A stretch of 64,000 nt of DNA, from the NCBI GenBank assembly GCA_964035545.1, contig OZ037766.1, forward strand, positions 32,230,773 to 32,294,772, read 5' to 3'. Positions 12,099 through 24,400 of this stretch are shown piece after piece; within the stretch, counting starts at the first letter, position 1, and each line of letters opens with the position of its first letter. The stretch comes from Bugula neritina (lineage: Eukaryota; Animalia; Bryozoa). The notes under the pieces were generated by a model, which ran no database searches, was not told where the DNA came from, and saw nothing but the letters and a program-made list of their open reading frames with translations. The position numbers and the translations under genes are program-made.

Positions 12099-13108
12099 TA
12101 TACTTCCTCTCCTTTACTTTCCTCTTCATGCAGCCATCTTTTCTTCCTCAATTTGCTGTGATTGCAAAACTAAGTCGTCAAAACTGAAGTTTCCCTATTT
12201 ATTGAGAAATTGTAACCTATAGCTAAACTGCAGTCTTAATAAATGAGCCTAAAAGCTATTTTAAAATTTGTGGTACTTTTAGCTATTTAATGCTATTTAA
12301 TGCTATTTAATGCTATTATTAGAATCTATCTTATTGCCTAAAAGACATTATGTTGCGGAGCAATGAATACTGATTCCAATACCCCCAAGTGGCACATGTT
12401 GAAGGAAGCTATAAATCTAGATATGAGGCAACTTTTATGATTTTATAAATTACATTACCTCACATAAAAAAATCTGCAACACTTCAAACTTTTGAAGTGC
12501 AAAACTTAATTTGTTAAATTGTAAAATCATGTTTTTAACTCTGCATGTTATGGGTGGAAATGAAAGTGTGTCAAAAGTTGAAAAATATATGACCTTCATA
12601 AAGGATATTTTCAAGTAATAAACTGTTTGTTTGCATGTACTAGATAATTGAATTAGATCAGGGCTTATAAGCATTCAAAACTATGTATGCGTTACTTTTA
12701 TACATGTCGTTTATCACAGCATTGAACAACATCATGTACTGAATATATGAATTCGGATAATGATTTCAACTAAAGATGTGTCAGAAGCTGGTTGTAAATG
12801 GCTAGTTGCAGTCTGTGCATTCAAACTGATTGAAATTTATTTATGTTACATTATAGTAGCTAAATAGACGCATCAAAAGAACTAAATACAGAAAAAACTA
12901 CTGAATATATTATAAACAATACAAATTATATGCAATTCCAAACACAAAAAAATAACCATTACCAAGAGAATATTAATACATTTTTAAATTTTTGTAACAA
13001 CTTTACATATTAAGGATTGTATTAGACAACGGCATATATTAGAACTTCAGTCTTACACAAAGAAATAGAAATAAAAAGTGACAGAAGCTTTTCAAAATGT
13101 ATAATTAA

Positions 13109-14965
13109 TTACTGAGTTTTTGACTCAGATAATATAACCATTTCAAACAAGGGATATCGAAAAGTCTTATTTTTAATTTGTACACTAACTTTGCAACAAG
13201 CATAGGCATATTGGTCTTTAGCTAAGTCTTCCAATAGCGGATGGTAATAGCTCACCGCATTAGATATGTTACTTTCTATTTCACATTTGGTGACAAACTT
13301 TGAGAATGTTCCTTGCTGACTATTAAATGGCGAGAACAAGTTTAACTTGTTCTCACAAGTCTGGTCTAGCTGTAATATGTCATATTGAGCTACCTTTGCC
13401 ACAAGTTTTGGTTGGTCATCAGAACCTGTGATTGTAAGTTTCAACCATTCAACAGCACATTCTAGAGGGTGACTCAAAAGAGTGTTGATGAAACTAAACT
13501 CACTGGCCAAGTATTTCCTGGATAAAGTTTTAGCTTGCTTTGCTAAAGCAAGTTTGTGTTTTTCTAGACTACTTTTATTGCTGGTAGTAGTTAGTGTGAT
13601 AATAGGATTGTGTCTGTTGTAATAGGCATCATAAAAATCAGTGGTAAACTTGTATGTATTTCCCGAGGTTCTACTTTTTCTACCAGGATTCTTTACTAAG
13701 TTTACATTCACTACAGGCCTTGAAATTCCTTCAAATCTAAACTTCCACAATCGAGTTAGGAATTTCAAAGCATGGTTTGCATACAACTTGGCAAATAACT
13801 GCAGCTGTTTCTCGCTGGATGAACCATCTAAAACTAATGGGTTGGTTGGAACCATCATCATCTCTTGCAGGTAGAGTATGTGGAAATGGGCTATTAATAA
13901 AAACAGTAAGAATGCCGAGTTTGGAAAATTCTCATCTCTTAGTATACCGTAAACTTGCTTTCGGAGTACATTCTCATGAAGTTGCAAATAGGTGAACAAA
14001 TGTTGTGAGTGAGGCTGCAGCTTCTTAAGGGGTAAATATCCATTAATGACCCATTTGACAAAACTTCTCAGTAGTTCACATAGCTCTGAAACTATCGGAA
14101 ATTCGTCCTCGCAAATCTCTTCCAGCTTCCTTTTCACAATCTCAAAATAACCAAGATCCTGTCTGTTTGCAAAGCAAACTCCTAGAGCTTCAAGACCTAC
14201 AGGTAAATCTAATGGTGGTTCTACTACTAGCTTACAAAGAAGGCTCCATAAAAACAATGAAGGTTCTAAGAGTTCACTTTCTCTCTCAGGATCTGAAGTT
14301 ATATCTACACCAGCTGTCGGCAGCTTACTGCTGTCTCCCTCTACACCAGCTGTATGTAGCTCACTGCTGTCTCCCTCTACACCAACTGTATGTAGTTCGC
14401 TGCTGTCTCCCTCTACACCAGCTGTATGTAGCTCACTGCTGTCTCCCTCTACACCAGCTGTATGTAGCCCACTGCTGTCTCTTTCTACACCAGCTGTATG
14501 TAGCTCACTGCTGCTGCCTTTCCTAGTTGCAGCAGAACTAGCAACACCTCCTCCCTGAACAAAGTCTTCAGCTGCACATTTAGTAAATAGAAATTCATTA
14601 GTTGAACTCTCACTGTAATTAGTAAGTTCACCGCAAATCACAGTGGCTAACTTTTTATCCATGGTAATTTCAATCACAACATTGTCAGACTCGATTACTT
14701 TCATAACTTCTTTTTCAGAGGAACGACTTTTAGTCTTGTCTAAAAATATACATTTGTGCAATAGATATTAGTTTGGTTAGAAACGGAAAGCCACAGAATA
14801 CAACAAACTTCTAAGCAACACAACAAAACTTCAAGGGAAAAGCAAGCATAACTTACTTCCATATGCTTTTGAGTTCTGTTTTTTCTGATGGTTTGCTCTA
14901 TTAGTTAAATTCATCAGACGATCCACTTCTGCTTTGTCAAACTTGACTTCGGCTGCTTTAGCCAT
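13109..14965 (-). CDS. Gene C: Cry-domain-I-like family protein with (ELHTAGVEGDSS)n linker
   Basis: Exon 1 14965-14857 (A|gtaagt), exon 2 14739-13109 (ttttag|AC), phase 1. Motifs NFPNSAFLLFLLIAHFHILYLQE, LYANHALKFLTRLWKFRFEGIS, PLECAVEWLK, YAYACC. Confidence 0.85.
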
Positions 14966-15670
14966 TTGATTAGAAAGTATAAAGTTGATTTTCCCAAGAA
15001 AATATAAGACTAGTGTAACTTGCATATGCTACTGTTGTCTAAGAGGTTAAATTAGCTTTCAAGCTCACATATCTAAGCTTCATAAAGCATTTTTCACTAT
15101 TTGAAAATCGAATTATACTTTTTGTTTCTAAGCAGCAGTTTTCAAATTAGCTCTAGTATAAACGATTTTGAGCTTGGATGTATACTATAATGGTTATGTA
15201 GTCAAATTCTTTGGTAAACAATGCTTGCACTGCTTGGCTATGTTTTTATAGCACATATAATCAATTAGTCAATGTATTATTTCTAAGACACAGCAACAAA
15301 AGTGGCGAGTTGAAGCTGCTATAAATAATATCTCTGCAATTATTTAAATCTTAAACAGATGTGCTTTACACAATTATGCTAAACACTTATTTCAAACTTT
15401 TCTTATAATTTTATGTTATATTTCGCATTGCTCGAAAGACAACAAAGGCACAAAACAAGCATTTTGTAAGTGCACAGTACATTTATATATGCACTAAAAT
15501 AAGCTTATGTGTTTCTAAACTTTCAAGAGATTTTGTAGATATAAGTTGGTCGTCTGAAATTTTCTTATAATATTCAAAACTTTTCTTTAGTTATTGCAGC
15601 AAACTAAAGTTATCTGTTCTCCATTTTATACTCAGCTTCATGTTCTTGTAATATCAATAAGTATTAATAT

Positions 15671-16006
15671 CAAGAGTGTCTAACCTTTTTAGATCGAAGG
15701 TCAATAAAATTAAATATTTTATGACGCAGGCCACATTTTAAAATTTAGCATGGACTGGGGCCCATCGCACCAGTAATTTTCAAAAAACTTTATTCCAAAT
15801 TCCTATGAATCAGTACACCAAGAAGTCCTAATAATTACTGCAGGCTGGAAGTTTTTAGCATAAGTAAAAATATATTTAAATTAAGGTGGGTTTCCCACTC
15901 TAATTCACATACAGGTGCAAAATAACTTTGTTATGCCTTTGAGGGCCACATAAATGTAGGCTAGAGCCACATCCAGCCTTGGGGGGCCGCCTGTTGGACA
16001 GCCCTG
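15671..16006. mobile_element. Degenerate hAT-type MITE
   Basis: Termini CAAGAGTGTCTAAC...GTTGGACAGCCCTG resemble CAGGGGTGTCCAAC hAT TIRs; the TSD is degenerate. Confidence 0.5.
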
Positions 16007-16117
16007 TATTATAGAGTACGCAGAAATGACTTCACACTTTATTTAACACTTCGATTGGCATGTGCAGTGAACCTAACTGGTAGTTTATGTTATTATACTG
16101 TACAGCTGGTGTCATAT

Positions 16118-16275
16118 CCACTGCTGCTACTGCTACTTCTGCTACTGCTACTTCTGTCTTCTGCTGCTACTGCTGCTGCTGCTGCCACTGTCTTCTGCTA
16201 CTGCTACTGCTACTTCTGCTTCTGCTACTGCTGCTGCTGCCTTCTGCTACTGTTACTACTGCTGCTGCCACTGCC
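16118..16275. repeat. (CTG/CTA/CTT)n microsatellite
   Basis: Direct inspection. Confidence 0.9.
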
Positions 16276-16399
16276 TTCCTACCATTTTTTGTTGATTCAT
16301 TGTCTCCTTTTTGAAAGTACTAACTTACCGATGATATATAGTCTACCAATAGTTGTGCACAATTTTGCTAACAGCTAAAACTGCTTTCTGGTTTCCTGC

Positions 16400-19151
16400 G
16401 TATGCCCGTGCCTATAGAGTAATTCTGAATGGTGATATGCACTCAAGTGATGGTGTTTCTGCTAGGCTCAGTGAGGGGGGCTATATAGAACTGACACTAA
16501 TTGATGCTAAGTTTGACTGATCTTAATACTTATAATATAGTGGATATAGTTTCATTTGTTTTCTCACTTCTCATATAGCTTGTGTTCTATAAATATTTAT
16601 AAGTCAGCTTAGCGGTTATTCTGAGTGCTGCAAGAACAGGAAATAGCAAGCAACAAAAAAGATTTATATCCATGCAGTATAATTATAGTTGCAATCAACT
16701 AAATAAAATTATCAACATACGTCAAATATATGGGCAATTGCTGGAATCCTTAGAGGTATTGGAAATAGCCATAATTTGTGCAGCTTTTCCTTGCAGTGGC
16801 TTGTTTAAAATTTTAGAATATCTCTGGCTATAGCTAGCTAGAATGTTCAAATGACAACATTAATAACTAGCTGCTTATTTCATAGAAAAACCAGCCATCA
16901 GTAGTATCTCTTGCTAGCCACCTGTATATTATGATATGATGGGCTATTCTGAGAGTCATAAACCTAACTTCAATAGACTTTCAGAGTATAGGTTGGCTTT
17001 ACAGCTGAAGAATGATTGTTTGTAGAGAAATTTTCTGCCTAAAAAGCTGACTTTCTGTTAGCCAACAGACTATAAAGGTAGCCACAAGTCTAGGTTGAAA
17101 CAAAACTTTCTCAGTTTCCTACAAAGAAGGACAAGATGGCATCCAAAGAATCTAAGTTTCCTCAGAAGTTACTCTGTGCATCTGGTACCAAACCCAAAAG
17201 AAGTAAGCTTTCTTCCCAACCTTCAACTGCTTCTACCAGTAAAGCACCCACGGAACCCCACACATCTCCTGGTCCTAAAGCAGAAGCTAAAGGAAAAGCT
17301 TTGGTGAGAGAGGAAGACCAAACAAGTAAAGCTGCAAGGGAACCTGTAAGTTATTAAAATATTATAAAACTGCATGCTATAAATAGCAGCAGTAAGTTAT
17401 TATATAATATAATTGTTATGTTTTATACAGTTTCACCTTTAGAAAAGTGGTTTTGCTGAACTTTAACATGAAATTGTGAACGAAAATGTTTCAGAAGTTT
17501 GTTATTCTTATTGACATCTTATGGTAGCATCAAAATCTGCTAATTGTGCTGCACTTTATAAAATAATATTATATAATTTGTTTGTTTTTAGATTACAAAG
17601 ATGGATGTGAGTAGCTTTAGTGCTGCTCCTACTATACCTGGAGTCACTGAGGATGAGCCTGCAGTAGATGACACAGAGATGGACAGTGAACATGTGGCTG
17701 ACATAGAAAGGGATGCTGTTGCTGCCACAGCTACTGTTCATAAAGTCACCACTGAAAGTGGTTCTGGCTGCAGCAGTGCAGCTACTTCTATAGGTACTGC
17801 TGGTAGTTTAATGGGTTCGGACTGTGCAGAGCCTATGGATGCAAGTGATATAACTCTGCCGAATGCTTATGAAGAGAAGAGGCTTTTCTTTCGTGTGTTC
17901 TCAAATGAAGCTCTTCGTCCTAGCTACACTGCACATAACTTAGTAGAAAGCCTCATTGGTGGAGTCAATGTAAACTTACCTGCTCCCCTTGTAAGCTTAC
18001 ATGGTCTTTTCGATACACGACGAGACTCAGACTACCTATTTTATGTGACAGACCTTTTAGCATTGGATTATATTCAAGAGAGGCCAGAGCCTGTGGTTAT
18101 TGATCTGTTAACAAGTCTTCAGTTTTTTGTGATTTTTATACAGCAAGAATATTTAACCCGCAAGTTCAATATGCAATATTCTGTGGAGCACTTAATACGT
18201 ATGTTGAAAGATGAAGAAAGTCTAAGAAGAATTGAATTAATGAGAGTAATGCAAGACGCCAATGCTTTTCCAAAAAATGGTATGCTTCTTTTCATTATTG
18301 CCACTCACTTTTATGTGCTACTCATACAAGAATTTCTTTCACTCAGGGATTTGCCAGATTGCCCAGAATCAAAGAGTTTCATAGGTGACGTGACAAATCT
18401 TCTAAAGAGTTGTGCAGAGTTTGTTTTGAGATATTTCAACACACACTGGAAGGCTAGACTAGAAGGAATATCTTATGTTTCTATAAGCAAGAAGATTTTG
18501 GCTGAAGAAAAGAAACAGGAAATACCTCAACAATTTGAGCTAACAGCACTAATCAAGGACAGATACCGCTTATCTAAAGACCCAATCAACTTGTGCCAAA
18601 CAGAATGCAGCGAAGAGTTAATGGAAGCAGAGACTCACAAACTACTCATGTTTGCCAACTCTTTGAGAGATGATTACATCATTAAAAGATATGCAGACTT
18701 ACAGAATAATATGTACTTCCCAGTTGAGTCTGCAGCAGTTTGGATGAAAGTAATGGTGAAACTTTCAAATTTCTGTGCAACTGAGCTGAAGTCATGCCTA
18801 ATGGTTTTACACAGACAGTGTTTAAAAGATGGAAAGCCAAACGGTAAAGCAGCTTTCACTTTACAACCTCAGTCTGATCCAGTAACCTTTCACTTTGAGA
18901 AATACTCTAACCCTGAAGTCTCATTTGAAGTGGAGAGCTCTGCAGATAGTCTCCAGGAACTGATCTGTGACCTAGATAAAACTTCTTACATGTGTGCCCG
19001 TTGTCTGGCGGATAGAGAAGATGAAGGGAAGGTAACTCTTATAGAGGTAGCATGTATTCCTAAATATATCCTCAATATGATTCGGTATAATTGGAAATAT
19101 AAATCTAAATTTATTGAAAAGTCTTTCAAAGCTAACATTGGCTCCAGATAA
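16400..19151 (+). repeat. Left arm of a ~2.75-kb inverted segmental duplication (partner 36757-39496)
   Basis: Promoter region, exon 1, intron and exon 2 of gene D match the reverse complement of the gene E locus at high identity. Confidence 0.92.
17136..19151 (+). CDS. Gene D: Cry-domain-I-like family protein (~589 aa)
   Basis: Exon 1 17136-17345 (CCT|gtaagt), exon 2 17592-19151 (ttttag|ATT), phase 0. TATA-like ctataaagg at ~17070. Motifs AFPKNGMLLFIIATHFYVLLIQE, WKARLEGIS, PVESAAVWMK, SYMCARC. Confidence 0.9.
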
Positions 19152-21438
19152 AATGTTTGTTACTGTTTATTCAATCACCTGTTCAACAATAATGTCAATA
19201 TCTGTTTGCTTTTTCACTAGAGTTGATATTGACTAAACTTGTTTAACTATCAAATTATATTGTTACAGCTGCAGAGTCTTTGAAACACTGCTCAGTTTCT
19301 CAATTATGTGTTATGGATACAGGATGTTGGGTTGACTTATGTTTCCAGGCTGTTTTCTTTAGCTTGCTTTCTTTCCATTTGTGTTACAATAAAATATACT
19401 AATTGAAACATGCGAGTCATATCATTGTGGTAATACTACTGAAACATGGGTGCTGCTAATCATGTAAAAGTACAAAAAATCAACCTGAAAGGTAAAGCCC
19501 TATACAATGAACAAGTTGAAAGTCACTTCAAAGTGCTTCACTTATGCTATTTTCAAAACCAATAAATTAAATTTTGTAAACTACTTAATGAACCTTAAAT
19601 TTACTATGCATATAACTTCTTGTTGATAGAGTTAGAGCTTGTATAGTTATTGCATAGAAATTCTGTTTAGCTACTCTGTTTAGCTACTCGCGACATTCTA
19701 TATCAGCGGCAATCCAAAGCAAAAGTGTATGCATACTCCAGAGTTGTGTTTAGCTGATATAGCCAGGATATAATTATGTGAATAATTTGATACTGCGTAA
19801 ATGTAACTTGTCAGGAATTCTTTGGCTGTTCTACATATGAAAAGTATGGCAGGTAGATCTGTATTGTATATGCATATCAATACAGACTGCAAGCTCTAAG
19901 ACTTGAAAATGACCATATCATGTTCAATTGTAGAATGCCATGTGCTCATCATGCACACATTATTTTGACAAAATTGATATTGACTTGACTTTGCAAGTAA
20001 TAAATGCTCTTTTTACAGCACCATGAATGGGGAGGTAATTGCTAGTACGTGTTGTGGTATATACAATCACTGTCTTATTTTAGCTTAAGGCAAAAACTAT
20101 ATTTTCAAAATGCCCTGTTTGGTCTACTATAAATTTATATTTAGTTTGCCTAACTTTTGATGAAAAACCAACCATGATAAATTAGTTTTCTTTTCAGCAG
20201 CTGGCTTTGTTCTAGGTGAAATGTTGTTTTAAAACTAGTTGGTAGCTTTTGTAGTTCTAAAATTTCTCTGTAGTTGTTTGAATATTTGTGAGCAATTGCT
20301 TGCATGTTGAGACAACTCCTAATTGATAAACTGCAGCTTTAAACGTTTACTAATTTTTAAATAAAATTTACTATTGCTATTGATTACAACTAATACAGCA
20401 CGTGGTGTAAAACTATCAAATTCATAGTAGTAATAACCTATATAGCAAAGATTAACGTGATAGCGCATTTAGTAACCAAAGGAGCTTATAACAGAGTTTA
20501 ACAAGTAATATTTTCTCTAATTAATTGACCCATTTCATTGAATCATATACTCTTTTTAGTTGGTTTCCTCATACGTAGTTGTTCAACAGTAAACTTCCTG
20601 CATTTCATGCTTCATTTTGAAATGATCCTACGTCTTTCGTGTGGATATCTTAACCAATCAAACATTTCTGTTTCAATTAGTATTTCTGACGTCGACAAAA
20701 ATAGAAAATACAAGCAGAAAAACGAAATGCTTTAAAACCCTTAGCTGTAAATGTCTTTTCTTCTAGCAATGAATTTTATCGACGATGCAGTTACAATGAA
20801 ACTATTGTCAAACACGCCAATAAATGACTAACATTTTTAATCAGAGAGTAAAAATTGAACATGATTTTCATACTATGATAGATACAGGGTATTTCTAAGA
20901 GGTATTTTTACTATTATATATTACATAATTGTATTATAACTAAAAAGTTATTGCCGAGTTTAGAGTTGTGTAAAGCTCTCCTGAGTTTTCCCTGAACTAT
21001 ACGGCATCAGCAGTGACTATTCTATACAGGATATGCAGATGCTATTTTTGAAATTTTTTTAGTAACTGCATGGCAAACAATATAAAATTTACCAGAATAA
21101 TAAAACACAAACAAAACTTAACCCAGAAAAATATTAAAAACATTGTTGAAAATTTAATTGAATAAAAAGTTATCTATTTAAATTGATTCTGTATTTTCTA
21201 ATAGAATGACCTTTCTACCGTCATTTAATAGAATGGACTTTTCAATAAACTTGGATTTGTTTTGGTGCAGTATGTCAACCATATATCCTGGAATACAAAC
21301 TATAGAGAGACTTCAGGATATAAATCTATTACCATATAGTTATAACCTTTAGGGTCATAGTTTTAAAGCTATAATAGTACATGCAGTCAACCAATTAGAA
21401 TGTCAGCGTAAGTGAGATAAAGACTTTTGAAGAGCAAT

Positions 21439-24400
21439 TCACTTGCTTTTCTTCATTCCAAAAATAGTGAGTTTTCCATCATTTGCTGCTTCTACAACTT
21501 TTGACCAATCAGTAGCTTGCTCACATAATTTACCAAGCGCACACATGCCTCCTTTCTTTGCATTGTCCATCCATTGTCCAATTATCTGAAATTTATATTA
21601 TTGAAAAGATTTCAATGAAAATGCATTGTAGTACCAATGTTTATATATCATTATAAAACAAGTATAAGAGGGAAATACTATCCCATGCTTTGAGGCTTCA
21701 CTGAAACATAATTATTCTTAATTGCATTTGGCACAAAGCTTTCTATGCTATAATCATTAAACGATGGCAAGAAAAAAGAATTTTTTCATGCATATTCGTA
21801 CACTTTGTACTATGTTATATCAAATGTATAACCCTACACTTCAATTACAAGAAGATGTTTATATGCGACTACAACTCAATTTTGTTACATTACAAAAAAT
21901 TATGAGCTGTTTGAAATGAACATCGCGAGGTAGTGCTAAAGCTAATGCTGATAGTTTCATATTTTCAATATAATAACTTGTTTATAGAAGGTTCCTGTGG
22001 CATTATAACAGCACAATTTTTGTTGTTAGGTTTATACTATAACTTCTAGAAATCACAATGAATCAATGCCTATAAACAAAAGTGTAAATGTTGCTTTTAT
22101 TATTACGTATATAACTAGAATATTTAAGTTAAAAGTCTACCTCTTCTAACTTGTCTTTATCCAGTACATTCAGGTAGTAGATGTATCTGAATCTATCAAT
22201 AGTTTTACGGCATTTCCCTGTTGGTTTAAGAGCATCATGTATAGACTTTGCTCTCTTACTAGTAAGTTGATTATGTACATATTCCATCAACTGTATAGCC
22301 TGTTCTGGTGTTTGTACTGCAAGGAACACAGGGTAAAACATGTACTATTAGACGGTATGAGTATCAGTATAGTATTTCTGCTATATAGGAGATTGTACGG
22401 AGTGTAATGTAACAACAGTCAGTGTTTATACGCATAGCCATATGGAGTTGTGTAATATATGCTATGATAGTCATCTGAGACTCTAATTTATAGAGTAATA
22501 TATAGTAAGAGTTGTCATACCATATTGGAAGTTATTCGCAGCACTAGGAGCTGACAAATTTTGGCCAGCCTGCTTGTCGCTGGTTCTTTCTACAAAATAG
22601 ATAAGCCATGCGTGCTATAGTAATGGGTACTAGCATTAACGTATAGTAAACTTTATAAACACATGTTGATGTAAACAAAATGTTACAAATTCAACACATA
22701 ATTTGATTCACTATTGGTGTGATTTGATTCAACAAACCTGTAACCAGTGTTTCTTGGTCTCCAACAAATATTGAGAATGGAACATCTACTAATCCAAGTC
22801 TGAGAGAATCGGAGCACCTTGATTTATCTAAAATAAATCATTTTTTTCAAACAAAGGAGTACCTAATGGCCTCATTTATTTACTTTTACATGTTATGAAG
22901 CAATTTAAAATAATATAAGCATATCGGTGGCCAATGTATGGTTATTGAGATTTAGCCACATATATTAAAATATTGAGTATAGATACTATATATGCAGTAT
23001 TTGCAGTGTTGAGTTTACCCAGTAGTCCCCTGTGGTGTAGCGGTAACGCGCCTGCATGCAAGCTTGAGTTCCCGGGTTTGAATCTTAGTATGGTAGCAAA
23101 ATTATTTTACAGTATTTCAATTTTTTAAATTACTTTTTTTAATTTAAAACTCGTAAGTCTAAACACATTTCATTCATTCTCAAGCTAGTTGTTTTCCATC
23201 GTATTAGTATACTTTCACGTGCATGCAAATTACCTTCATCAACTACACGACACAATACACCAGTCTCGGAGTCCTCTTTTATAGAACGTCTGATATCTCC
23301 AATAGTCATGTGATCCTCAAAGGAGTAGACTGTGTTTTCACCTTGAACTTTTACAGTTACTTTGCAGTTTTTCACTTTACCTGCATAATTAAATAACTTG
23401 CCACATGATCACAAAGCCAACTTTAATTTTAGCGTAATTACACATAAACAATGTAACTAACAAGTAACCTATGCATGTTTAGAAGCACATATGCAATTAA
23501 CTTACTTTTGAATGACTTATCTAAGCTGGTAGGAGGTGAAGCTGCTTGGTGTACCGCTACAGTAGCAGGTATATCTGCAACCACTGGACCTCTCAGATAA
23601 GGAACTCCAGTTAATTCTGTCATGTTATTCGTTGTGTTGTCAGCTGATACGCGCTCATGTGGTGCTGCAACGCTTGAAAAAGCTTGGCGTGGTACCACAG
23701 TGTTTAACTGACCTAGCTGAGAAGATTCGGTATCTGCTACTAATTGATCATGTGAAAGAGCAGTGGATTGGTTTGGTGCTTCAACTGTAAACATAATACA
23801 AGTAATTATAATTATAATTGTAGAAACTTTTAGTAATATGTCATCTTTTAGCATTTGACTAAATAATCCTAACTAAGATGACAATTGCTACCAGGCGTTT
23901 TGGAATTATTCATATTTGGAACAAAGAATTTTTAGCGAGCTACAAAATTCAGGTTAATAATTTAAGTGATTATGCACACACTTATATAACTCACATGAAG
24001 TCTTTTGGTATTTATGTGGGGGTAAAAATGTCATCGCTGGATCTGGAGATCTTTTCATGAGCAAAACCTTGTCTCTTTGTTTCTTGAAGTCATGAACTTG
24101 AATCAGAGAATTGCTTTCTTGTGTGAAGTCCATAGCAGTAGAAGTTGTGTCACTTTTCAATAGTGAATTGAAATCTTGTTCAGTTTCTGTTTCTGTGCTT
24201 CTGAAACTGTGTAATTTTACTTCTGGTGACACGTTATTCGAAAGTTTGGACATTGAAGATGATGGTTCCCTGAAATAGATCTCTGCTTTTTTGTGGATGT
24301 TGCCTTCACAATCTAAATGCGGAGGGCTTGTAGATGGCATGTTAAAAGATGGAGGATTGAAAGGAGACCAATCCTCGGAATGGTTGAAAGATGGAGCATT

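Noticed and set aside
11179-12222. 347-aa Ser/Thr-rich mucin-like ORF on the plus strand
   Set aside because: Antisense shadow of the gene B repeat exon; the minus-strand frame has a phase-compatible splice to the conserved domain.
19980-20990. Possible DNA-transposon remnant
   Set aside because: I could not identify TIRs, a TSD or coding remnants.
23028-23095. Functional tRNA gene
   Set aside because: Degenerate B box and no acceptor stem.
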